A stretch of 53,399 nucleotides of DNA from assembly GCA_032128375.1 (NCBI GenBank), contig JAQBGU010000078.1, forward strand, positions 1-53,399. The letters are read 5' to 3'. Positions 34,256 through 42,219 of the stretch are shown in pieces; the stretch's first letter is position 1; every line of letters starts with the position of its first letter. The position numbers and the translations under genes were made by a program. The notes under the pieces are model-generated. The model was given only the letters and a program-made list of their open reading frames with translations, made no database searches and was not told the DNA's origin. This DNA comes from Deltaproteobacteria bacterium. GTDB lineage: Bacteria; Myxococcota_A; UBA9160; SMWR01.

Positions 34256-35209
34256 GTGACGCACGACTCCCCCGCTAATCGGCCCGATGCCGCGAATTCG
34301 CTCGGATTCGGCGTGGGGCTCCGGCCGGTCCACTTCCCGGTGGTCTTGGAGCGCGCAGCCCAACATCGGCTGCGCGTTGATTGGTTCGAGATCATCAGCG
34401 AGAATTTCATGATTCCCGGTGGGCGACCCCTGAGAATCTTGGACGAGATTCGGTCCCACGTCCCTGTGGTTCTGCACGGCGTTTCGATGAACCTGGGTTC
34501 GAGTGACCCCCTCGACGACCACTACCTCGACGCTCTGGTCCGGTTGGCCGAACGCGTCGATCCTCCGTGGATCTCGGACCACTTGTGCTGGACGGGTGTC
34601 GATTCACACAATCTCCACGACCTGCTGCCACTTCCGTATACCGCCAAGACCATTCGACATGTCAGTGAGCGAATCGAACGGGTGCAAGACCGGCTGCGCC
34701 GGCGAATCGCGATCGAAAACGTGTCGTCCTATCTCAGTTATGGGTCCGACGAAATGACCGAATGGGAGTTCCTGATCGCAATCGCCGAGTCGGCCGACTG
34801 CGGGATCCTGCTCGATGTGAACAACATCTTCGTCAGCGCCCACAATCACGATTTTGACGCGGCCCACTACATCGACGCCATCCCAACCGACCGGGTATTT
34901 CAGATTCATCTGGCCGGCCACAGTGCCCAGGGTCCGCTGCTCATCGATACGCACGACCACCCGGTACGCGATGAAGTGTGGAATCTGTACAAGCGAGCAA
35001 TCGAGCGCATCGGCCAGACGGCGACGCTGGTCGAATGGGACGATCGAATTCCAGAATTCGACGTATTGGAAGGGGAGGCACTACTCGCTCGGGCGGCCAG
35101 CGAAGATCTATTCTCGCGCAAGGGTCTGCTCTCGAATCAAGACCTGCCCTCAACTCGGGCCCAGCTTTCAAACAAGGTTCTCCGCTCGCAACAACCCAAG
35201 GGAAGATGA
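34256..35209 (+). CDS. bufB: DUF692 multinuclear non-heme iron oxidative enzyme (MNIO, BufB-like)
   Basis: GFGVGLRPVH, WFEIISENF, HGVSMNLG, SDHLCW, HDLLPLPY, IENVSSY, LLDVNNIFVS, IHLAGH, IDTHD, VEWD. Confidence 0.95.
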   Translation: MTHDSPANRPDAANSLGFGVGLRPVHFPVVLERAAQHRLRVDWFEIISENFMIPGGRPLRILDEIRSHVPVVLHGVSMNLGSSDPLDDHYLDALVRLAERVDPPWISDHLCWTGVDSHNLHDLLPLPYTAKTIRHVSERIERVQDRLRRRIAIENVSSYLSYGSDEMTEWEFLIAIAESADCGILLDVNNIFVSAHNHDFDAAHYIDAIPTDRVFQIHLAGHSAQGPLLIDTHDHPVRDEVWNLYKRAIERIGQTATLVEWDDRIPEFDVLEGEALLARAASEDLFSRKGLLSNQDLPSTRAQLSNKVLRSQQPKGR

Positions 35210-36057
35210 GGACCGAACTCTCGATCATCCAAAGACGGCTGCAAGAGCTGATTGTCGCACCGAACGGGGTGGCTGCAGCGCTCGAAGAACTCGGCGAATC
35301 GGCCGTGCACTCACTCGAGGCAACGATTCGCAGCGATGCCAAGCTGCCTGCGGTAGGACGGCTCGAAGTGTACGCGAACGCGTATTTTTTCCGAATTCGC
35401 GACTGCCTCGAAGACGACTTCGGCGCTCTGAACGCGGTCATGGGCGAACGTCGCTTCCACAATCTGGCGACCGCGTATCTGATGGCCTTTCCGCCGCGGC
35501 ACCCCTCGCTGCGATTCGCGGGTGACCGGTTGCCAGAATTCATCCGAGAGCACCTTGGGGCTGCATCGTTTCGCGATGGCCTGCGTTGGTTGGGCGACCT
35601 GGCGAGCCTCGAATGGGCGATCGTTCAGGCATTCGACGCGGCCGACGCCGAAATTCTCAGCCGCGACGAACTCGCTGCGATCGACCCGTCGCGGTGGGTC
35701 GACTTGCGCTTCTCGTTTCAGCCCGCGCTCACGCGACTCGATCTCGATTTTCCGGCGCATCGACTCAGGCGCCTGTGGGACGACGATCGCTCCATCGAAA
35801 CAGCAATATCAGAACTTGAATCTCTAGAACCGGGCCTGCACCCAGTATTGGTGTGGCGAACCGACGAGCGGGTGTCGTATCGCGGCCTCGAACCCATCGA
35901 AGCGACGGGCATCGACATCGCGAGAGCGGGCGAAACGTTTGGGAGCCTGTGCGAACACCTGGCATCGGAAGTGGGCGACGGCGAGGCCCCAAACCGCGCC
36001 GCCACCCTTTTGACCCGCTGGCAAGCCGACGGTCTCATCCGTGGCCTGACCGACTGA
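35206..36057 (+). CDS. bufC: DUF2063 partner protein (BufC/HvfC-like)
   Basis: ATGA overlap with the DUF692 stop; RLEVYANAYFFRIRDCLEDDF, YL..FPP....L...G, LGDLASLEWA. Confidence 0.9.
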   Translation: MRTELSIIQRRLQELIVAPNGVAAALEELGESAVHSLEATIRSDAKLPAVGRLEVYANAYFFRIRDCLEDDFGALNAVMGERRFHNLATAYLMAFPPRHPSLRFAGDRLPEFIREHLGAASFRDGLRWLGDLASLEWAIVQAFDAADAEILSRDELAAIDPSRWVDLRFSFQPALTRLDLDFPAHRLRRLWDDDRSIETAISELESLEPGLHPVLVWRTDERVSYRGLEPIEATGIDIARAGETFGSLCEHLASEVGDGEAPNRAATLLTRWQADGLIRGLTD

Positions 36058-36069
36058 AAGCTACCCGCT

Positions 36070-36495
36070 CTATCCGTAAAAGATCCAACCGAGTGCGTGC
36101 TGGATGACTGCAAACGGTATCAACCAGGGGGCAATGTAGTGATGGCCGGTCAGATGAATGTGGAAATCGCTGCGCGAATTGAACCCGTGATCGCAAGGCG
36201 CGCAGTAGTAGCTCGACCGCCTGTGGTGGCCGCGATTGTATCGGCTGTAGTGGTTGTGTTGATTGAACCCATCGTGCCGATTGTGTCGATAATCGCGCGG
36301 GTGGCCCCGGTGTGCGCTGCTTCCGTGGCTGCGGTAGTCGCGATGAGAACCACTACGTTGTCCGTCGTGCGAGTCGCGATGACTGGCATGCTGGCGCGAG
36401 CCAGCGGATGCAACGACGGGCATCAGGACCGAAAGCGCGAACGAGCCTAACAAGACTGCGACGAGGCGCTTGTTGCGATTCAATGTGCGAGACAT
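36070..36495 (-). CDS. Secreted His/Arg-rich protein with one classical C2H2 zinc finger
   Basis: RBS AGGAGG before ATG 36495; signal peptide ending VASA; low-complexity His-rich region; YCAPCDHGFNSRSDFHIHLTGH. Confidence 0.8.
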   Translation of the reverse strand: MSRTLNRNKRLVAVLLGSFALSVLMPVVASAGSRQHASHRDSHDGQRSGSHRDYRSHGSSAHRGHPRDYRHNRHDGFNQHNHYSRYNRGHHRRSSYYCAPCDHGFNSRSDFHIHLTGHHYIAPWLIPFAVIQHALGWIFYG

Positions 36496-36505
36496 GTCTC
36501 CTCCT

Positions 36506-36543
36506 GTTCGAAGTCGGTTCGAAGTCGGTTCGAACTCGGTCGG
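36506..36543. repeat. 11-bp direct repeat x3 (GTTCGAAGTCG) immediately upstream of the RBS of the His-rich gene
   Basis: gttcgaagtcg gttcgaagtcg gttcgaactcg gtcgg. Confidence 0.85.
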
Positions 36544-36719
36544 CTGCCAATCTGAACCGACCTGGATTGAGACGGGGCCTCGCTTCAGAAATTCAATCGA
36601 TGCGCCACCGAACATTGAGACTTCGGACGTTCTGCGCGACGATGCACGCTGGTGCCGGCCATTGCGCCGGGATGGGGCCACGACATGCGGCCGCGAGTTG
36701 GGTGCTTGGGGGAACGACG

Positions 36720-37574
36720 ATGGGCCGTAGCACGGGAAAGTCCCGACCGAAGAAGCAAGGGCCGCGAAAGAAGCCGACGATGGCGCGGCGGGCGGACAAG
36801 CACGTTCTCTACCAGAAATCGGTCCAGGAGCCGGATGCGGACATCCCGTTGATCCAGAAGGCCTTTCGCTCCGAATTCGGGAGGCCGGCACGCACGCTAC
36901 GCGAGGACTTCTGCGGGACCGCACTGCTCGCCTGCCGCTGGGTCGAAGTCCACCGCGACAACCGCGCCTGGGGGATCGACCTCGACCCGGAGCCGCTCGA
37001 TTGGGGTCGAGAACACAACCTGACTCCGCTCGAGCCCGACCAGGCCGCCCGCGTGAAGCTGATCGAAGGGGACGTGCTGGACATCGGTCACGAGAAAGTC
37101 GACGTCACAGTCGCATTCAACTTCTCATACTTCTTGTTCCTCGAGCGCAAATCACTGCTGGCATATTTCAAGCGAGCCTTTTCCACGTTGGATTCTGAAG
37201 GCGTGTTGATTGTCGATGCCTACGGGGGTGCGGACGCGCAGCGCACCTGCGAAGAAGCCCGCGAGGTCGACGACGATTTCGACTACGTCTGGGCCCAGGA
37301 CCGTTTCGACCCGATCCATCACCACGCGACCAACTACATTCATTTCCTGTTCAGCGACGGAAGCGAAATGAGACGCGCTTTCCGTTACGACTGGCGGCTT
37401 TGGAGTCTTCCGGAGATCCGAGAGTTGATGGCGGAGGCCGGATTCGCGAAAACCCTGGTGTATTGGGAGGGCACCGACCGCAAGACGGGCGACGGCAACG
37501 ACGTATTCAGCCCCCGCGAGTCCGCGCCGGACGACCCGGCTTGGATCGCCTACATCGTCGGGGTACGTCGCTGA
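36720..37574 (+). CDS. Class I SAM-dependent methyltransferase
   Basis: ADKHVLYQKSVQ, LREDFCGTA, GIDLDPEPL, AFNFSY, FRYDWRLWSLPE; start placed at ATG 36720. Confidence 0.85.
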   Translation: MGRSTGKSRPKKQGPRKKPTMARRADKHVLYQKSVQEPDADIPLIQKAFRSEFGRPARTLREDFCGTALLACRWVEVHRDNRAWGIDLDPEPLDWGREHNLTPLEPDQAARVKLIEGDVLDIGHEKVDVTVAFNFSYFLFLERKSLLAYFKRAFSTLDSEGVLIVDAYGGADAQRTCEEAREVDDDFDYVWAQDRFDPIHHHATNYIHFLFSDGSEMRRAFRYDWRLWSLPEIRELMAEAGFAKTLVYWEGTDRKTGDGNDVFSPRESAPDDPAWIAYIVGVRR

Positions 37575-38222
37575 TCAATTCGTTGATGCGGGCGAGTTCT
37601 TTTCTTGGAGCTTTTTCAGCAGTAGCTCTGGGCCACCGGAACTGACGACTTCTTTGAACTGATCCCGGAAATTCGACACCATGCTGATGCCTTCGATCTT
37701 CACGTCGATCACCTTCCAGCTGCCGTCGGTGTCGCGCAGTCGGTAGTCGAGCTGTGCTCCCTCGAACTCCCCTCCGACGATCACAGTGCGCACTGTCACG
37801 TGTCCGTTGGATTCGCCGCGCGCGCCCGTGACGTCTACTCCGAACTGGTCATAGCGACCCAGTCGACCGCCGTAGTTGTTCGACAAATATCGCTTGAACG
37901 CGGCGACATACTCGATTTGCTGCTCCTTGGAAAACCGTTGCCAATTCCTCGCGAGGACGTAACGCGACATGGTGTCGAGGTCGAATCTCCCGTAGACGAT
38001 CCGTTCGATCGACGCCAGACGCTGCTCTGCTGAGAGTTCAGCGTCACGCAGAACCGCAATCACTTCTTCGACCGTCTTTTCGACGACGCTGCGCGCCGCG
38101 CTCGGGGCCGACCCTCGAACACTGGAGGGAGCGGCTGCGGGGTTAGGGTCAGAGACGGCACGGGCCGTCGGAATCGAAAACAACACCACAGCGAATGTCA
38201 ACGCCGCAGCCAGGCGCGGCAT
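37575..38222 (-). CDS. mlaC: Phospholipid shuttle MlaC/Ttg2D
   Basis: Signal peptide; FDLDTMSRYVLARNW, LDYRL, WKVIDVKIEGISMVSNFRDQF. Confidence 0.92.
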   Translation of the reverse strand: MPRLAAALTFAVVLFSIPTARAVSDPNPAAAPSSVRGSAPSAARSVVEKTVEEVIAVLRDAELSAEQRLASIERIVYGRFDLDTMSRYVLARNWQRFSKEQQIEYVAAFKRYLSNNYGGRLGRYDQFGVDVTGARGESNGHVTVRTVIVGGEFEGAQLDYRLRDTDGSWKVIDVKIEGISMVSNFRDQFKEVVSSGGPELLLKKLQEKNSPASTN

Positions 38223-38235
38223 TGCGCAGCTAATT

Positions 38236-38982
38236 CTAGTCCAGATTGTCATCGTACAGCGCGCCATCCGACTCGTCGTCCTTCCGGTCCTGTACCAGAT
38301 TCTCACGGTACTGCGTATATGCGTTGCGCTGGAATACGTAGAAGTCCAGTGCCGAATTTCGTTCCTCAGTCAACGTTTCGTCAATCAGCGAACGGTAGTT
38401 GAGTGTATCCGTCGTCCTGACAAGCGTCCCGAACCAGAGAACCGTGAAGAATGGGTACACGGACGCGGCGGTATCCGCGACGCGACCGACGGTATGACGG
38501 GGACTCGACGGCCCGAGAAGTGGAAGAACCAGATACGGCCCTGGCGGTACGCCCCAATGGCCCAGTGTCTGACCAAAGTCCTCGTCGTGTCCCATGATCC
38601 CCAACTTCGTAGCCGGGTCGAACAGACCCGCCAGGCCGATCGTAGTGTTGATCGCAAAGCGACCGAAATCTTCCACTGCATAGACCAGTTTTTCCTGGAG
38701 CAGAAGATTCACGAATCGAATCGGAAAACGGGCGTTGTCGAAGAATCGCTCGAGCGCCAGCTCGACCTCGTCTGGCATGATGAAACCCCAACCCCTCGCA
38801 ACCGGGCCCGCGAAATATTTGTCAGCGCCTTCGTTGAATCGATAGATCCCGCGATTGAACCCCTCCCAGGGATCGTCGACTTCCGCTGATGCCACTCCCA
38901 CGCCGAGAGCGCAACAGAGCGCGGCTATCGCAGCTGTCGCGGTAACCAGACCACCCACCTTCGAATCTCGACCGTCCGTCAT
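38236..38982 (-). CDS. mlaA: MlaA/VacJ family protein
   Basis: DPWEGFNR, RFAINTTIGLAGLFDPA, EDFGQTLGHWG, GPYLVLPLLGPS. Confidence 0.95.
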   Translation of the reverse strand: MTDGRDSKVGGLVTATAAIAALCCALGVGVASAEVDDPWEGFNRGIYRFNEGADKYFAGPVARGWGFIMPDEVELALERFFDNARFPIRFVNLLLQEKLVYAVEDFGRFAINTTIGLAGLFDPATKLGIMGHDEDFGQTLGHWGVPPGPYLVLPLLGPSSPRHTVGRVADTAASVYPFFTVLWFGTLVRTTDTLNYRSLIDETLTEERNSALDFYVFQRNAYTQYRENLVQDRKDDESDGALYDDNLD

Positions 38983-38993
38983 GTTCGTCGCTC

Positions 38994-39443
38994 CTAGATA
39001 CCCGAATTATTGATGAACTTGCCCAGCAGACTCTCCAGGGAGACCGCGGAATCTGTGCGGGAGATTTCATCTCCCGACCGGAGCATACCGTCCGATCCAC
39101 CAGGCTCCAGCGCTATAAATTTCGCCCCCAACAAGCCTGCCGTCTGGATCGCTGCCGTAGTCTCTGTATCGAGTTGGAGGATAGGATCCAAATCGAGCAA
39201 GCACCGCGCCCGCATGAATTCGTCCAGCGCGATCGACTTCACCTCGCCGACCTTCACACCGGCGATCTGGACCGCAGCCCGTTCCTTCAGGTCTCCGACC
39301 TGATCGAAGGTCGCGTATAACTCCAGTCCGGTCCCTCCACTGTGGTAGAGCCCACCCAGTTGAATCGACATGTAAGCGATGGACAACAGCCCGCATAGCA
39401 CGAACGTGCCGACGATCAGATCTCGTAGCCTCGAACGCTGCAT
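38994..39443 (-). CDS. mlaD: MCE-domain protein MlaD
   Basis: VGTFVL, FDQVGDLK, VQIAGVKVGEV, TAGLLGAKFIALEPGG. Confidence 0.95.
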   Translation of the reverse strand: MQRSRLRDLIVGTFVLCGLLSIAYMSIQLGGLYHSGGTGLELYATFDQVGDLKERAAVQIAGVKVGEVKSIALDEFMRARCLLDLDPILQLDTETTAAIQTAGLLGAKFIALEPGGSDGMLRSGDEISRTDSAVSLESLLGKFINNSGI

Positions 39444-39444
39444 T

Positions 39445-41166
39445 CTAGATTCCCCACAACCCGCTGATGAAGAAGTCGAAGATCAGGATCACCACAGAGG
39501 CGATCACCACCGTATCGGTGGTGGCGGCGCTCACGCCCGCCGCCGACCGCACACTGATCGAGCCGCGATAGGTCGCGATCAGCCCCGTCAATGCTCCGAA
39601 CGTCGACGCCTTGATCAAGCTGACCAAGACGTCCTGTCGAAAATCGATCGCGCCTTCCATGCTGGTCATGAATGAACCCGAGTCGACCCCAAGCACTCCC
39701 ACAGCGATGGTATAGCCCCCGAACACCGCGAACACGATGAACAGGCCCGACAGCAGCGGCATTACCAGCGCCAACGACAGCGCCTTGGGCGATACGACAA
39801 TATCGACCGGATCGACCGACATCATGCTCAGGCCATCGAGTTGTTCGTCCTTCACCATCGAGGCAATCTCGGCCGCCACCGCCGAACCCGCTCGACCCGT
39901 AACGAGGAGCGCCGTCAGTACCGGTCCGAGTTCGCGGATCATCGAGAGTCCGACGAGGCCACCAAGCGCCTCCTCTGCGCCGAACCGGACCAAAGTCGTG
40001 TACCCCAGCAGGCTGAGCGTCAGCCCGACCACCATGCCCGAAAGGCAGATCACCGGGAGTGATTTGACGCCGGCGTCGTATACGTCGTCGATCAAACGTC
40101 CAAACCGATAGGGCCGGCGCAGCAACGCCGCGACGATGCACGGCGCGAACCGCGCAACGCGGCCGAAATGCTCGATCATCCTCAGCGTCCGGGCCCCCAG
40201 CACCTCGATCGGCTCGAGGAGCGCATTTGCGCCGCTGGGGCCGGGCTCGACGTGGGTCGGCACGGCGCGCAGTGGTTCCGGCTGCTCGAGATAGTCGTCG
40301 GAGGAAGCCGACAGAAATTTCACAACGCGGGGGTCGTTTCTGGCTATCAAGTCTGCCGGCGCGCCCGACAGGGCCAGTCCATCGACCAAGAACACCAGAC
40401 GGTCCGCCATCCGAAGCGACGAAGCCATATGGTGCGAAGTCATGATCACAGTCAGTCCCAGTTGTCGATTCAGTTGCACCAGCAGGGATTCGATCCGGCG
40501 CACATTGATGGGATCAAGCCCCGAAAAGGGCTCGTCGACCAGCAATATCTCGGGATCCATCACGATGGCACGTGCCATCGCCGCGCGTCGAATCATGCCG
40601 CCCGATAGCTCGCCGGGGTAGAGCGCACCCTTGTTTTCCAATCCAACCGCGCGCAACCGCCGCCTCACTTCCTCATCGATATCCGGGTTGGTCAGTTTGG
40701 TGTGCTCGCGAAGCGGCAAACCCACGTTCTCCGCCACCGTCATCGAGTCGAGCAGCGCGCCGCCCTGAAACAGCATCCCGATGCGTTCGCGCACCTTGAA
40801 CAGCGCGCGTTCGGACAGGCGGGTGATATCCTGACCTGCTACCCGCACACTTCCGCTATCGGGCCGCTGCAAGCCACCGAGCATCCGCAGCAGCGTGCTC
40901 TTGCCAGCCCCGCTACCGCCCAGAACGACCGAAATCCGCCCGCGCGGAAATCCACAGGACAGTCCATCGAACACGGTAATTCCGCCGCGAGTCAAATTGG
41001 CACCGTCGACTGCAACGCGAAATTCCTGTTGCTGTTGGCCGATACTACCTCCAGGCCCCGATAGTCCAGTAGCGTCGGTCAGCTCAGCTACCGTTACAGG
41101 GTCGTCGATACCCCGATGACCCACACGGGGACGCACGGAACCCGCTGTGATCCGAAGCCCCCTCAT
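39445..41166 (-). CDS. mlaF-mlaE: Fused MlaF ATPase-MlaE permease (start uncertain)
   Basis: GGSGAGKS, LFQGGALLDS, LSGGM, DEPFSGLDP, then in the same frame IRELGPVLTALLVTGRAGSA...EQLDGL...GVSAATTDTVV. Confidence 0.9.
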   Translation of the reverse strand: MRGLRITAGSVRPRVGHRGIDDPVTVAELTDATGLSGPGGSIGQQQQEFRVAVDGANLTRGGITVFDGLSCGFPRGRISVVLGGSGAGKSTLLRMLGGLQRPDSGSVRVAGQDITRLSERALFKVRERIGMLFQGGALLDSMTVAENVGLPLREHTKLTNPDIDEEVRRRLRAVGLENKGALYPGELSGGMIRRAAMARAIVMDPEILLVDEPFSGLDPINVRRIESLLVQLNRQLGLTVIMTSHHMASSLRMADRLVFLVDGLALSGAPADLIARNDPRVVKFLSASSDDYLEQPEPLRAVPTHVEPGPSGANALLEPIEVLGARTLRMIEHFGRVARFAPCIVAALLRRPYRFGRLIDDVYDAGVKSLPVICLSGMVVGLTLSLLGYTTLVRFGAEEALGGLVGLSMIRELGPVLTALLVTGRAGSAVAAEIASMVKDEQLDGLSMMSVDPVDIVVSPKALSLALVMPLLSGLFIVFAVFGGYTIAVGVLGVDSGSFMTSMEGAIDFRQDVLVSLIKASTFGALTGLIATYRGSISVRSAAGVSAATTDTVVIASVVILIFDFFISGLWGI

Positions 41167-41186
41167 CTGAGCTTCCCTCCCACCAT

Positions 41187-41218
41187 GCAGCTCGCATTCT
41201 AAGCAGCTCGCATGCTAA
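41187..41218. repeat. 16-bp direct repeat x2 upstream of the mla operon
   Basis: gcagctcgcattctaa gcagctcgcatgctaa (1 mismatch). Confidence 0.75.
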
Positions 41219-41447
41219 ATGCACACCGCGGAACCAGTTTCCGCGACGCGCGTGTCGCTCGAGTTGCGTCTTCCCAACTCGGCTCATCGGGCCCGCTGCT
41301 AGAGACAAATCCACAATTCGATCGCCCACAACCGGCATTGAAGTGCATCTCATCCGGCGATTTGTCGCTGGATCACGTCGCCAACACTCAGTATAGATCT
41401 CGACCCAATCTCGACCGTTCGAACAAATCTGGACCCCGGGGAAGCCT

Positions 41448-42182
41448 TTGGCGCAAACCATCGCAGCGAAACTCGGAGCCGCGACGCGCAAGCTGTGTCG
41501 GGACCTGGCCGATCTGCGCTTCGCGACCCCTGTCACTCATGTCTACAACCCGCTCGAATACGCTCGCCAACCGTACAACGCGTATTTGAGGCGCTACGCG
41601 GCCAATTCGAAGCGGGTGATCTTCGTCGGGATGAATCCCGGCCCATTCGGGATGGCTCAGACCGGAGTCCCATTTGGAGCCATCGAGAACGTTCGCGACT
41701 GGCTCGGCATCCATGCGAAGGTGGGCCGCCCCCCCGTCGAACACCCGAATCGGCCGATCTCGGGCTTCGATTGCCCGCGTCGAGAAGTCAGCGGCACGCG
41801 CTTGTGGGGCGCCATCGCAGACCACTTCGGCACACCCGAGCGCTTCTTCCAGCAATACTTTGTCGCGAACTATTGCCCGCTGATCTTCCTCGAGGACAGT
41901 GGTCGGAACCGGACGCCGGACAAGCTGCCCCAGCGCGAGCGAGAGCGACTATTCGCCGCGTGTGACGTTCATCTGCGAAGGCTGGTCGATATCCTGGGCC
42001 CGCAATGGGTGGTAGGAATCGGGGCCTTTGCCGAGCAACGTGCGAGCCACGCCCTTGCGAATCGGGACATCCGGTTCGGCCGAATCCTCCATCCGAGCCC
42101 CGCCAACCCCCGCGCTCAACGAGACTGGGCCGCAACTGCGCGTCAGGAGCTGGTTGCGATGGGTTTGTGCACTTCGAGATGA
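41448..42182 (+). CDS. SMUG1-type (family 3) uracil-DNA glycosylase
   Basis: YNPLEYA, GMNPGPFGMAQTGVPFG, EVSGTRLW, NYCPL, HPSPANP. Confidence 0.95.
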   Translation: MAQTIAAKLGAATRKLCRDLADLRFATPVTHVYNPLEYARQPYNAYLRRYAANSKRVIFVGMNPGPFGMAQTGVPFGAIENVRDWLGIHAKVGRPPVEHPNRPISGFDCPRREVSGTRLWGAIADHFGTPERFFQQYFVANYCPLIFLEDSGRNRTPDKLPQRERERLFAACDVHLRRLVDILGPQWVVGIGAFAEQRASHALANRDIRFGRILHPSPANPRAQRDWAATARQELVAMGLCTSR

Positions 42183-42219
42183 GCCACGAACCCGCACACG
42201 AGTAGAGGGGCCTCCACAG

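Noticed and set aside
36312..36924. Extended starts of the 420-aa and 284-aa ORFs
   Set aside because: They overlap each other head-to-head; starts at 36495 (strong RBS, signal peptide) and 36720 leave a normal divergent intergenic region
41448..42182. SMUG1 as a novel eukaryote-to-bacterium transfer
   Set aside because: Bacterial SMUG1-type UDGs are already known
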